From: Eukaryota sp. GEM-RC1
Lineage: Eukaryota
DNA: 64,000 bases
NCBI GenBank assembly: GCA_040285855.1
Contig: JAUFOQ010000001.1
Location: forward strand, 620,001 to 684,000
Direction of reading: 5' to 3'
A program made the position numbers and the translations under genes. Under the pieces are notes generated by a model. That model saw only the letters and a program-made list of their open reading frames with translations, did not search any database and was not told the origin of the DNA. Shown one piece after another: positions 13,761-27,480 of the stretch. Position 1 is the stretch's first letter; the number at the start of each line of letters is the position of its first letter.

Positions 13761-14149
13761 TTTTTCACTTAATTAGAGGATTAGAATTAAGGTTGCTTAA
13801 TCACAATGATTTGGACAAATCTTTCTGTCTCTTTTCAAGTCTTTTAGTTATTCATGTGCGTTCAACTTTATATGTTAGTTTTGGTGGTAATACATGATAA
13901 TGAAAGTATATTTCATTACTAGTTTCCTCCCAAAATTCACCAGTAAATTAAGGGTATAATTTGTGCAATCTGATTCACCACATCAATATTTCACACCCAC
14001 TCAAATTTATTTTGAATATATACATACCGATCAAATTTCCACATCTATCACTGTTTTACCAATCAACCTATGGAAATCCATAGGTGGACCTGACAGTGTT
14101 TAATTGTGACAACATCTTAATCTACTTGTACTCATGCTGGTGAATACCC

Positions 14150-14581
14150 CTGAGAACGTTCAAAGTCTTCTGTTTTTAAACTCTGTTGATAAAAACTAAT
14201 TGAACAATACCTATTTGGTGGCTTTATATACTCTAAAACCGTGTAATCAAACAACTGTATACGAGCTCTTTGAACAAGATCCCTACAACATTACCTTGTA
14301 CACCTATATCATAGAGACGGTATAGCTCTATGTACTGTTGATTCAGAAACATTTATATTACAGTGCAAAGCTACGAGATATAAAATTTCTCTAAGATATA
14401 ACAGTGGATCTGACTCCAAAACTGATTTAACGAAGGCCTTATCTTCAGAGGTAAGTACTCCTAAATTGGCAACAAAGCTGTAAGTGTCCTTATATCCAGC
14501 GTCAGGATTTATCCACTGAGATATGGTAGATTGGTTCATAGTGAAGAAGAATGCAACTTCAGCTTGAGTTTTGTTCAACAA
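14150..14581 (-). mobile_element. IS630/Tc1-family transposase N-terminal remnant
   Basis: HTH segments QSTISQWI and DPLLYLREI...VSESTVHRAI, with a degenerate LVFI(N) downstream. Confidence 0.6.
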
Positions 14582-14619
14582 AATTTCAAACCTTTTTTCT
14601 TCCTACTATTTCAATTTTC

Positions 14620-15490
14620 CACATTTCCAGCATTGTTTTCACACACCAAAAGAATGTAGAATTGAGAATAATAATAGCATTGGCAAAATCGATAAAGTCT
14701 AGTAGATAAGAATTCTTTTCAACTGTGTATGCAAAGATTGCAAGATATTAAACAGTTTCTGTCCAACCATTGATAACTATAGCAAATTCGATTCCAAGAG
14801 ACTAAATACTGAATGATATTTCTTAAATGTTTTTTTAGAGATTTTCCATCGTCTACAAGTGTTCTACAATTGGTCAACGAAAGAGCCGTCTATGACTGAA
14901 TCGAAACTATTTTCAAACCGAAGCTTATTCTCAAATAGAAAGTTCTTCAAACCACCAACGAAAGCACTTTTACCTAACTACTCAGCTCTTGAAAAACCAA
15001 CACTCCCAAGTTTTGGACTGAAAAAGGAATTTTGGAACTATTGATTTGATTTCAACCAAATTCCTAAAAATTGAGTTCTCAAAGAGTTGAACTCAGCAAA
15101 ATCAAGAGAAAGCTCACGTGGTAAAGATCTAAGAAGATGATTGATTTTCGATCCAAAACAGACCGAAAGTACTGAAAAAGCCAAGTTGTATCGATTTTAA
15201 GATCTTGTATCGCCTGTAGTTGAACTTTGATTTTATGAAGATAATTCTTGGGCACACTCTCAATCTGCAAAGGATTGTAACCCAAACAACCGACTGCTTT
15301 CACCTCTGTTTTACATTGACATGACGTAGAAGGATTACATTTCTATGGGTTTGTCGTTCAAGGATGGTATAGTTTACATCAAACTCTTTCATCATTTTTT
15401 TTAAAGGAAGCTTTATCAACAATACACAGAGGTTGTTTAGTTTCGAGAATGAAGCCTATTATGATGTTCAGTTTTCCTTCAGCAGATGAA
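14620..15490 (-). mobile_element. CRE-clade RT thumb-region fragment (inverted duplicate of 28880-29757)
   Basis: Homologous to 50980-51420 and shares both flanks with the 28880-29757 copy. Confidence 0.7.
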
Positions 15491-16415
15491 CTCGTTTTCT
15501 CAAATTTTTCTCTGATGAAGCGAAACACTTCATCAAACATGAGCTGATTTCAAGTCTTAAGTCAATAAAATCTTTGGCTTTTGATGGTGTGAAATCAAAA
15601 AACGGATGTGCATGAAAAAACAGTATACGTAATTTCTTTGAACACGTGACGATCACTACTGGTTTTAAAGTGTCCCCTTCTTGAAACTCTTCTTTGAATG
15701 TTTTATATGGGCCCAATCAATATTTCAATGTTATATATTGGTTCAAATGATGTTGCAATGTTTGATACTGATCCAATGTTTCCTGTATGGCTATTATTAT
15801 AGCCGCTACTACTACTGGTAGAACAGGGAAATCATAAAAGTTATTTATTTAGTTCATAAAGGACAAGTTGAAACGATTATCTACATCTAATGTTTCTAAT
15901 AACTCATCATCCACTTCTACTGGTTCCTTGTTCAGTACATCTCTCAACAACGATTCAGTAAAAAAGTGTTCATTGAACAGTAGGAAGAGCTACAACTCAA
16001 GTGAATCACAAGACATACTATGACGAAGATACCCTAAAAGTAGCAGAGCTCGAGAAAAAAGTCTTTCAACAATATTGGAAGTTGCAGGAATGAAGTTCAA
16101 GTCTCAGTATTGCTTAAACTGTGAGTTCTCGATTGCACAGCTCTGTTCTTTGGCTTCACACCATGTTCTTTTGGCTTCAGCATCCCCAATCTCAACAACT
16201 TCTCCAACCACCACTTCAGCTTTTTCATTCTCTTCAACCTCTTCAACATTATCGTACTTGAACTGCAACAAGGAAGTTTCTTCGAGAGGAGACAATGAGG
16301 TTTCTGATAGTACTTTGACATCAGCAGATTCAAACTGGGGGGAATGTTTGATTGAGGCTTCAACAGATGTATAATTAGTCAATCCAGAAAAGAATTTATG
16401 GAACGTCCTGAAAAT

Positions 16416-18284
16416 GACCCAACGGCTCCTTTTGCTAGGTATCTCAGTCTCAGCTTGATCTCCACTGGTAGCCACCCTTCGTCAGATGCGAGATACATAC
16501 CAGAACCAACAAAATTTCGACCGCAAAAGGCAATGAATCGTCCTGGAGACAGTGGTAGCCTGAGAATGAAGATCACGTGAAACAAATCTATTCAAGTGAA
16601 ATTAGGTGTATGACCTGTGACTGCTTGAGCTCTTCATATGATTAAAAAGCTCACGAGCAGTCATGTTGTCACTTGAAACCAAGCACCAGTATCATGGATA
16701 GAGCAACAACAAGTTCAAGAAGTCCGCTGGAACTCTGTCTGTCACAATGGGAAATGGTTTTGTAATGAGAGAAGTTGTCCAGGCAGGGCCACAGTCTTTT
16801 GGATTTTAGATGGTTGTAGAATCCATATTTCTCAAGATCTACCTTAGAAATACTGGCACTTGTTACTTTATCTCAGTGCTTGGTGTAAAGACTGAATTTT
16901 TTACGAATCTGTTTGTATTTTTGGACTCGAAGTCAAGTTCTTAGTCAAAATTTTGAATAAACGCCCTTATTCTTTTTTATTGATTTAACTATAAACTTCC
17001 ATCAATACAAATCAGTTTTTTACACCAGAACCACCAATTGGTGGTTGATAAGGCCATAAAACACCTGAAAAACACACCCTCTTCGGTTGATGTTTCCAAT
17101 GAACATATGGAGTCAGGGTTGGCTTGGCAAAGGAGTCGGAAGTACTTTGGTAAGAAAGAAAAAGAAAGGTCTACGTCTCCAAACAGTTGAAATTGAGCAT
17201 CTGCAACACTTCTGAAGGTCTGCATGTAGGAGATGTGTTCAATTGTTTAGATACAGTAACAGCTGTTCTTTCAAAGAACTTAAGTGGTTGACAGTACTTG
17301 CACTTTCAGTTGTCAGAATAGATTACTTTGGGATGTAAGTGGTTAGAGACTGGTGCAAGAGTTTTGAGTTTGAGCAAGTATGTTCAAGATTAACAGAGTG
17401 AATCATGAAGGGGCATCCAACATTCAGGGCATATGCAGTTAGTGTCCAGGTACATACGTCTTCTTGACAACGGATTTCGATGGTCCAGTAAATAGTCCTT
17501 TGGAATTTGCTTGGCAATACTGTAGGTAACTAAACTGTTGACACAGTCTTTAAATAAAGTCTTCTCCACAATGAGAAGACTGTAATGAGCAAACCAATAG
17601 CAAGGTTAACTTCTTTCCAATAATATCAGTAATAGACTTGGTAGGAATGCTGTCTTTGAGCAATCTTTGACCTTTAGGAATGGGTGTCTTAGAAGTAGGA
17701 GATACTAAAGCATCAATAGTGTTAACTTCAACACGCACAGCTTCTTTTTTCATCTTCTTACGTTCTTCTATTCTTGCGTCTGATGCTTGGATTGCCACAA
17801 GCTCTTCAGTGTTCTTTAAGGACTGACACAATGATATATGTTCTTTTTCCAGCGGGTACAGTGAGTAATGTCCACGAACTTGCCACACGCTGCACTACCA
17901 AATCCCCCCTTTTGAGTAAAAGTGTCAAAGTCCTTCACTTTTGTGACTTTCCAAATGGGGTTATCAAATTTAGTTGCTCTCCAATCGTATACTAAAGGAA
18001 GTTCGACAGAAAGACCTGTGGATGTAAGCAAGATATGTTCTTCCATGGTGTAGATGGGGGAATATTGTACCAATTTGTAAGTCATTTATTGCTTCCTATG
18101 TTGAATATACATACATACTGTAATATTAATAGTATACTTCTTTTTTAATAGTTGAACCCAACCCTCGTCCTTAACAATGATTATGATAGCAATAAACACA
18201 AGGTAATGTGAAATCTTAATAATTGAATATCACAACAATCACATCACAAAATCACATCACAACCATTTGTGATTCGCAACTATG
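16416..18284 (-). mobile_element. Duplicated chimeric transposase remnant, copy B, with a hAT-type CATAG terminus
   Basis: Direct repeat of 7866-9707. It extends into ATCAC subterminal repeats ending GCAACTATG at 18284; a similar end lies at 44629. Confidence 0.75.
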
Positions 18285-19701
18285 CTGACAACATACTTTT
18301 ATTCTCTTCATTGAAAGCAGTGATTCAAATAAATTTATGAATGTCTTTGTCTACTACATTGAATTCATATCCTGTTGTGATGGTTGAATATGTATATTCG
18401 TTGATGTGAAGTTGTTGGATATCTCACCTGACTTGAAACCTGACGTGAGGGATCTCGCCCTTGCCCTAACCGTGACACTGCTGAGTTGAGTTCTGGCGAC
18501 CTCGTGCGAACTTTTTGACAGCCTAAATCTACAGCCTTTCAAAGACATTCTAAAGTGCTGATCTTCATTTCTTGCTTGTATTCTATAGATGTTTCTTGTG
18601 TGTGTATAAAGAAAGTGTAGAATATTGTATAAGTAAGTTTTATGGGGTACGTTCATTATAGTCTTGAATGTAGATTCGCTTTACGTCAGAATAAAAGACT
18701 TTAGACGATCTTACATATTCACTGTACTTGAGATGCAAATCATAATGCTGGTAGTTGGAATCATCTTCCCAAGACCATACATCACTTGGTTGAACGGTTA
18801 GAAGTGGCTGCTTAAGTGCTGGTCCAAAGTGATCCGTCATTTATGTAAGATGAAAATTGTGCAGGCAAATTTTACAACTATCATAAGTTTCAATGTTCTC
18901 AGTAATTGATATGATGAAACTAGACCTTAGAGATAAAACGCGAGGCTGTACAGGAGAGATGTAAAGACAGAAGAATATATGATTTATATAGGATACGAGA
19001 CATGATGAATGACGTGTTATTTGAGGATTGAACTGAACATAGTAATCCAACAGCAGTGCACTTTGCGGTTGACGAATCGGTAGACAAGAGTTCTCGATCT
19101 TCAAGATTGAAAGAACAATGTGAGGTCCACACAAGTTTATAACCAGAAAACAACTAGGGAACAGATCTAAGAAAACCAGCGATAACGACAACCACTTTCA
19201 AGAAGGAGCTGAATAGTTGGATCATGTCATTGAAAGGGCAAAATGAATGGGGTATGGATTTGGATATGGATTTATTTTGAACATCACTGATTGATATCTG
19301 TAAATTTATAATCTCATGCTGTTGATTACAGTTTCAACCACGATAGCAACTTGTCAATTGGAGTCAATGTACTAGAAATAGAACAAAGTGATTTTGATGA
19401 TTTTGATCCATCTCATGAAACCTACTGTGACCTTGAAGTCGACATAGGACTGGAACAAAAACGATCAAGGAAATTCTAGAGTGTTCCATTTTTTGTTCAT
19501 GTACCTTTTCAATTAGAACCATTGGAGGAACCCTGTGATAACGTGAACAACAGTGTCTAAGTGATTTGTATCATCTTGTATATTGTACCTAGTGCTAGTT
19601 CTAACTGTATTTTGTGAATACCACTCCAAATTCCCTTTTCCAACATTTCTCATCTACATAGATATCACGACTGTTCATTACCAACTTATCTATAAACTAC
19701 G

Positions 19702-20650
19702 ATGGCATTTACTTACAACACGCTACTGAATCCTGACATTGACTTTCGCACCAAGTGTACCAGTGCATCTTAAGATACAATCTGTAGAGCTGTCTGGCCG
19801 TACTTTGTCTTAGACATCTCTCAAGAACAAATTACACACCATTACTGTGTATCACAGAGCACCATCTCCAAATGGATCAGGAAAGTAGTGTTGAGATGGT
19901 AAATTAAGGCTACTTACATGGACTTTGGGTACACAATATGTTCCAGATATTCTGATGTTTTCCAGAATAAACGTATTTCAACAATGAGGCTTTGGTTATG
20001 AATTAGTCTCACTGAGACTAATTGTTGTGACCAGTGTAGCTTTTGAACAACATATTAATCTACAATTGGAAGAATTTTAATCGAACTGCTTGTGTTTATT
20101 GATGAAATAAGCTTCCGAAACGAACATTTTATGAACACCCATGGTTGGTCATTGAAAGGAACTCCGGCTATTGTAAAAGAACACGTTCCAATCATTCATG
20201 TATTGGTGTTGTTGCAGCCATAGATTACCGTGGATATGTGTTTTGCCATTTGAGGAAAGGTCACTACTGCCGAACGGAATTTGTGGATTTTTTGATAGAC
20301 CTTTGACATCAGGAAACGTGTGCAGGTATCATGATAAACGCTCTATTTTTATTATGGACGGATGTAGAATTCATGTTTCTGCTGAAATCAAGGAAACCAT
20401 GCGGAAGGTGGGCATATATTACAAAATCTTACCCCCTTATTCACCAGAAACGAATCCCATCGTATGCTTTTTTTTGGTGTTTTACGACGAAAAGTGAGGG
20501 ATCTTTCTAAAGTCTTTGACTGCCGGTGTACTGTCATCCAACAGTCTCTTTTGAGTTTAAGGGGATATAATTGTGAAAGGATAATGTCTCATTCTGGATG
20601 TCGTGATAGAGAATATTTTAGATCACCTTATCTAAGACCAAATCGATGAT
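19702..20650 (+). mobile_element. IS630/Tc1 (DDE_3-type) transposase pseudogene
   Basis: VSQSTISKWI HTH, LVFIDE, GWSLKG, IMDGCRIH and LPPYSPETNPI motifs spread across frameshifts. Confidence 0.8.
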
Positions 20651-20709
20651 ACATATACTTCATTTGAAACACTAGAACATGAAGATAGATAAAGTTGTTT
20701 ATTAAGATT

Positions 20710-21399
20710 CTTCACTACTATGAGGATCATCAGCTTGTGGTAATTGCTCCAAGTTTTGAAGTGAAGAGTCAGGGAGATGATTTAAAGGCTGCTGGAACTC
20801 GAAAGTGTTGAGATGGGAGATATAGTTGCCCAGTTCTACCTCAGCCTCAAGTCTTGGACTTGCTAAAGATGACTCGCCCCTCCGCCATCTCTTCTCAACC
20901 TGACCTATGGGAATACCTGACTCATATCCCTGACTTTCTGTTCTTCTGCATCAGAAGCTTGTTCGATTAGATTCGCTGGCCCAATTCTCAGCCTTTCTGC
21001 TTGAAAGGTGGAAAAAGGCAGCGTAATCAGCTCTCTTATGTATCTAAACTCAAGCAGTCAAAGGCTGTTCAAAGAAACCCTTCAGAGTTGGCGATCTTGT
21101 CCTCAGGCCAACCGAGAACCCCAAACGCGAGGCTTCCAACAAATCATCAACAGTAAAAATCCTCATCATTAGTGGCATCCCGACTAAATGCTCTACTCGC
21201 CTTCTGAGACACTTTCATTCCGCCAGCTCAGATCCTACGTACCTCAAAGCTATAGCAGCTCTTGACAATGAAGAATCCATCATAGATACCATTGAATGAT
21301 GATGACGTCATCGTGAAATGGACCGATGGCTCAACCACTGTAGATCCGCTCAATGTAATCCGCAAAACCGAAGCTTTTAGAAGCTATCGTAAGGCTTAG
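20710..21399 (+). mobile_element. Ty3/gypsy integrase C-terminus with chromodomain-like tail (remnant)
   Basis: Manual translation RLLRHF...AIAALDNEESIIDTI / VIVKWTDGSTTVDPLNVIRKTEAFRSYRKA*. Confidence 0.6.
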
Positions 21400-21486
21400 T
21401 CACTTAGTCTTAAGGAGTTCTTTATACAATAAGCACTTCTTTCTTCTTATCAACGTTGACCTTACGGCAACAATAATTATTGGACT

Positions 21487-21663
21487 ATGACTGTCTCATC
21501 TACTAACCCTAGAAAGTTCCGTGATCTTGCTTTCTTTGTCCCGCCAAAGCTTGCAACCTTCACAAGGAACGAGATTCAAACCTTCCTCGAGGAAGTTGAT
21601 GTGTATATGTCCAGCTTAATTGTATGTAGTTGTGCTTCTACTCGTATTTCTACTTTATCTTAA
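21487..21663 (+). mobile_element. Truncated gag-like ORF
   Basis: MTVSSTNPRKFRDLAFFVPPKLATFTRNEIQTFLEEVDVY; second copy at 2494-2709(-). Confidence 0.4.
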
Positions 21664-21679
21664 AGACTTGGTAGTGTTG

Positions 21680-23009
21680 AAGAAAAATTCAAAAGTTAAT
21701 ATTTTAATTAGATATTAAAAGAAAAAACGTATTAGAGAATATCTCTTAATGTCTTTAAAGAAACAATAATGATGAAAGTTTCTCTCACCATATCAACACA
21801 ACGAATTAAAATAATAAAGTGATTAATAAAATTGACAGTAAAAAATGCAAACTAATCAAAAACTTAATTAATATCATAAGTAGAAACATCAATCGAATAG
21901 ATTTAATCAAAAACTCATTAGAAAACATTAAAAATTGATTAACTACTGAAAAAATTGAAGAAACATCCACTCAAAGTAACGATACTTCCAAGTGCTTGTA
22001 GTGACGTCACCAACTTGACTTTACTCTAAATATATATTAAAAACAAGAGATTGTAATCAAGTTTCTCTCATCACCATCAACAGTCAGCATAGAAAACGTA
22101 TTTAAGATCAGAAGATATACTTCAAACCCAATCAACCCGAAGGTTATAACGCCAAAACATTGAAAGGGGGTGTCGTATGCGTTATTCATCGATTCGAGAC
22201 TAAGAGTCTTTTAATTTCAAACACTGTAAACAGCGTCTAAAAAGGATTTAAATTATATAATAAATGAATTGGTTCGTTATTAAGGTTAAGTTATAGTGAA
22301 GCTCAACTTGCATCAAGCAACACGTCGACAATGAACCATCCGCAGGTTCACATACGGATACCTTGTTACAACTTCTCCTTCCTCTAAATAGTAAGATTCA
22401 CCCAATTTTCCCACCAGACCTTGCTTTGCAGCTTGATCCAGCGAGTCCAAAGGTTTCACCTCACCATTCAATCGGTAGGAGCGACGGGCGGTTTGTACAA
22501 AGGGCAGGGACGTATTCAGTACTGCCAAAGGTCTATCCCAGTCAAGACAGACATTCTCAAGAAATCATGAGAAATGAAGTGCAGAGCGAAAGTTGCCAGG
22601 TTCAGGAACCATAAGTGGTAGATCTGCTACTTATGAAGAAAACCATTGGAACGATCTTGGTAATGAGTGAGGTTGAGAGAGGAAGATGAAGAAGTGGCAG
22701 CAGCAGTGATATTCAGAAGACATTGTTGAAGTAACTCAACTGGGAGCGAACCTTGAGGGAGAACAAGTGGTAACGGAAGGACAAGAAAGAACAAAAAGAC
22801 AAGGGTTTGCGGATCACGTACCATTGCAAGAAACAACTGGGTAGACGAGAAGTACGGAGAGGGAAGGATCGAAACAATAGGTGGACCAAACAGTGGTAAC
22901 GGAGTGATATGAACAAGGGCGATGAAGGAGATGATATATAGATGCAAGAACAGGAGAGACTCAGGAGGTAGACATGGTTGGACGATCAGAGAGCAGAACG
23001 TTGATGTTA
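21680..23009. repeat. Dispersed ~2-kb repeat, copy 2
   Basis: High-identity direct repeat of 46330-47710, cut at 23009 by a TA|CAGTCAACCCTGTCTATAGCG pogo-like end. Confidence 0.85.
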
Positions 23010-23755
23010 CAGTCAACCCTGTCTATAGCGTAACCCTCTACTAGTATATACATTGTAAAACTCTTTATAGCGTTATTTTTCACCCACGCGACATTTTTTC
23101 CAGAACGACAATCTGTTTGTCTCTGTTACGAGTGTAGTATGAAGTGATAAAGTACCTCTAGCTAAACATTCCATTCTATTCATCATATACAACAACTTGA
23201 TGATGCTTTGACAGCCGTTGTCTCACATCATTGTTCTGTTGTAGTTTCTCATCTTCCTTCAAGGTCTACATCGCTTTACGAAGCAACCCCAGTTCACACA
23301 CGTAGAAAACATTCTTCAACATCTACATTTCTCTAAATACAGACATCTCTTGTGAATAGAGTCAACAGAGTAAAGATATAACGTCGAAGGCGCACCATCC
23401 TCAAAACGAAGGTGTTTAGGTCTATCACCTCTCAGACTTGAAAGACTTCTTCCCTTGTATCGCCATCACCTCTCTGCTGAACCAATACTATAACCTTAAG
23501 ATACGAAGACGAAGAGTTTATCGTGTTGTAAGAACAAATACCAGCGCAGAAATGATAAAATGTGTACTATGTGACATAGGTATCCCACCTACATGCAGAA
23601 GAAGACGGTAGAGGAAGGGTGGATCGAACATAGATCATGATGTGAAGACATCATCATTCATCCTTCCTCCCATATACAAATATGGTTTATGTGAAGCTAC
23701 AACATAAAAATATCTTCAGTTGAACTCTTCGTTCAATTTCATTGGTCAAAATTTG

Positions 23756-24548
23756 GGTTTTGACTTATCCTGTACCATAAATTTTGACTTATCCTGTACC
23801 TGTTGACTTAGACTAATTTCAATACCCAATATCTTACACAAACAAACATCTTAAACAATGATTTCTATCTAGTCTACGTTTCTGAACAAAACTTGAGCTT
23901 GTGATCTTTCTTTCCACACTTCCCTCATAAGCTCAAATACTTTACACCGTGTCATTCTTTCTTGCAGTTACCGCACTTATGTCTTCCGGGTCCTGATCTT
24001 CCATAATAAGAATTATTTGCCATTACATTCATACATTTTCGATTGACTGAAGTGAACTGCCTGGAAACGTATGTCTCACTTGGTGACAATCAAGTGAGAC
24101 TTGATCTTCCAGTTTAGCACAACGTTGTTCATGTTAGAAACTTCAAACAATGTCTTTCTTATCATTCATTCCCTCCTCCTGATTCTTGGATGGAATTGAC
24201 TCCCCATTTTTCTGATAGATTGACAGTGTGTGAACTTTTACGATTGTAAAACACAACCATTTATGTTTCAAATAAAGTTTATTGTTCTCATTGCACTATT
24301 GCTCGACTACGGATAAGATGTGACTGTCAAACTCTGATTGTTGAAGAACAATATCGTTTGTGGGTGCTCAATCCAGTACTCAAACATAATCTCTAGAGAT
24401 GGTCTTCGAATAATTCAAAAGTTTGAGCATCCATAAGATTAGCTGGAGGTATATAATCGATTTCATCAAACATCTACATGCACGAAATCGATCTAAGTCA
24501 AAAAGTACAGGATAAGTCAACATTTATGGTACAGGATAAGTCAAAACC
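23756..24548. mobile_element. Non-autonomous Mutator-like element (793 bp)
   Basis: TIR GGTTTTGACTTATCCTGTACCATAAA with internal TTGACTTATCCTGTAC repeats. Perfect 9-bp TSD CAAAATTTG (23747-23755 and 24549-24557). Confidence 0.9.
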
Positions 24549-26789
24549 CAAAATTTGACATCACAACATTTTGGTCTTGACCGCTGATCTCATCATTGAC
24601 GTGGTTGTTGCATCTACTTTGGCGATGAACGAATGGCCCACTTCTAGTTCTCTTCATTTGCTTTGTATATAAAGACTCAACTCAATTTGTAAAACTACAC
24701 AGGGTGTTTATTGGATATAGCGTAAAACTGGTTATAGCCAATATCTCAACTCATGACTCTTTCACTTATCAATTCTTATAAATAATAAATGTGCGTGTAC
24801 GAGTTGAAGATGCTTCACATACCTCCAGTTATTGTAGGAATTACAATAATCCATGAATTCTTGTAATTACTGTAGTAATCGTAATTGTAGGAATTCTAGG
24901 AATTCCTGGGACATGAAGCCAGTGATTGAAAAGTATGGTTAGTACAAATGCGGAGATATCTTCCGTTTCATGTTCGATAATGAAAGTCATTCTTGTTATT
25001 AAAGTGGGCAATATGTCAATTTCAGCATTTTACACTTTCTTAACATTGCACTACATCAAGAACTACCCTTTTTATTGTGTGTTGCTAACTTCAAACTCTT
25101 CACACTGTTTGATCACTCTAACTTTTTAGTATTTCTGTTTTCTATTCAACACGCTAGTTTGATTTTCTTCTAAAACGTATTAACTTCTTTCAACTTTGCA
25201 GTCAAAACGCAACTTAAAACAGAATTTTTTACGAATACTTTTTCAACCGTCATTGTTTTATTGCTCCTTGTATGTTGTCAGCATCTCTTTGCGTTTTATA
25301 AGATGACTTAATGTGGTAATTATCACAATGATCGGATACTGCTACTCCATCTAACGACCTTTTCATGGTAAATAGTCCCTCAATTCTAATATTTCAGGTC
25401 ATCTACAAAGCCATACACAAGATCTTTATCAATTCCTCAGCGTTCTGGATCCCACTGTCTAGCAGGTTTTTGAGTAACTTTTGTCGAATCTCTTAGTGTG
25501 ACAAACAAAGAACAGAAGCTACTCTCCTGAGCTTCCGTATCCCATGTCTTGATGTTTTCAGAAGTACCAAATGAGGTGAGAAAATATGCTCCATCCATTG
25601 AGACACTCATAAGATTGATTAAGGTCTTGATCTCACATCATTACACCCATCAAAAATTACGGTCATGACGTTTATCTGGAAACTTTGTTGAAGAGCTTGC
25701 TCACTTTGCTTTTCATATCAGCCTCTACCTTTGGCAACAGTGGTCATGTTTTCGTAAGATTATCATGTAAGTGGTGGAACTCATACCCCCAGATTTTATG
25801 ATAAATGACATTTACAGTGCCACGTGGCACCGTAAATTCAACCTTGGAACCCCATCACTGGGCCTAGTCACTTGTATAGTTTATGCCTCCTTCATTCTCT
25901 CGATCTCAACCCTCTTGCCTAACGGAATGAGGAGCACGTTTTCTTATTTCATCTTCGTAATTTTCCATGAATTGAATGCTTTCTATTTCCAAAAAGTTCG
26001 TAATCTTCTTTACTTTCCTGGTAATGGTCAAGGTGGAAATTTTGAAAGTATTGTTGGTCGATCTATGGCCAGATGCTACTCTCTGTATCGACTGACCGCA
26101 CCTTTCTCTTATAAAATGAAATCTTCCCTTCAAAGTCATCACATGTCCTTCATCACTGATGAGTTGATAGTAGGCATTTAAGAACATATCTTTCTTTCAG
26201 TAAAATTGGAGCAAAACCTTTTAAACTCCATAAAAAAACTGTGATTTTATTGGGTTCTACTGTACGGGTGTTACTTTGCGCCAGTTTTGTTAAAGATGTA
26301 CTGAAAGTTGTAATAATCCTAGAAGTTAAGAGTGGGAATCGGGTGATCACGATACGTTTTGAATACATCCTTTATTTGACTTTGTATGTGGTTGATAAGT
26401 ATTGTGTAATATACAGTGGAGTTGATGGGAAAATTAGAAGAATATTGTGTGAATATATATATATTATGAACAGTAACTGAAATTGGTTTGCTCTTTTGCA
26501 CACTTATATCAATATATTACAATTAGTTTTTATCAACCCCAAAAGTCTGAACAACTTCGCTGGTCCATTGTTTCATGTAGGTCTCAATAACTTGGCTCTC
26601 TATAGTTTGTTGGTGTTCAAAAGATGGATACTCAAACAATTGCATCTACTGCTAGACATCTTCTATTTCATACAGGGATTCCGTTTTGTTGTGTTGTATT
26701 GTATTGTGTTGACGTTTCAAATTTTCGGACAATAAATTTGTGCAATAATTGCAAATAATATTTCTTTGAACTTCAGTTATCAGTGACTT

Positions 26790-27480
26790 ATCACATTCTG
26801 AGCTAGAAATGTGAATGGAACAAAGCAACAATCAAACGGTCATCCAAATTGATAAGTTGAATCTCTTATTCTGAGACTTACACATAGATCCAAAATCAGT
26901 TAAAAACTGAGAAGCCTTTTCACCAGTATTACCAAAAGTAGAAATAGCAAATTGCACAAATACAAATTTTGATTGAGTTGAGCAACTCCTTTGAAATACA
27001 AATCAATTTTACGTTTTTCGGCTGTTTTTAGGTCATTGAAACCTTTTGAATCTTTGCCATTAACTTACTTTTGAGCACATAGATCTACTGTTGTCCCATC
27101 AAGGATAATTTGAATAGCATCAATAAAGGACCGTGTAAGTCACCTTGACAAGAATTATTCATTATATCAAGACCAACTTACTAAATATAGGTTCAACTTT
27201 GGCATGAAATCCATGAGCTTTAAACATTTCAAATGTAACATCTCTTACAGCGTTATGAAGAACTGAGCGAAATTGAATAAATTTGGGGCAATTAATTACA
27301 TGTCTAAAAGTTGTAATGCGACGATGACTACAAACACATTCAGAATTGTCGAGCAATTCAGCAAGAAACAAACCTAATCGCAATCGCATACTTAATTACC
27401 AAGATTCATCAGACAAATGCAAACCAAAAGAACGTGCCAAGCAAGTTCAATTCTGAATATCATTAAAGAAAGCAGGAAAA
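26790..27480 (-). mobile_element. CRE-clade endonuclease remnant
   Basis: MRLRLGLF...CVC...FRHVINC...RSVLHNAVRDVTFEMFK...KVEP, homologous to 51352-52425. Confidence 0.8.
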
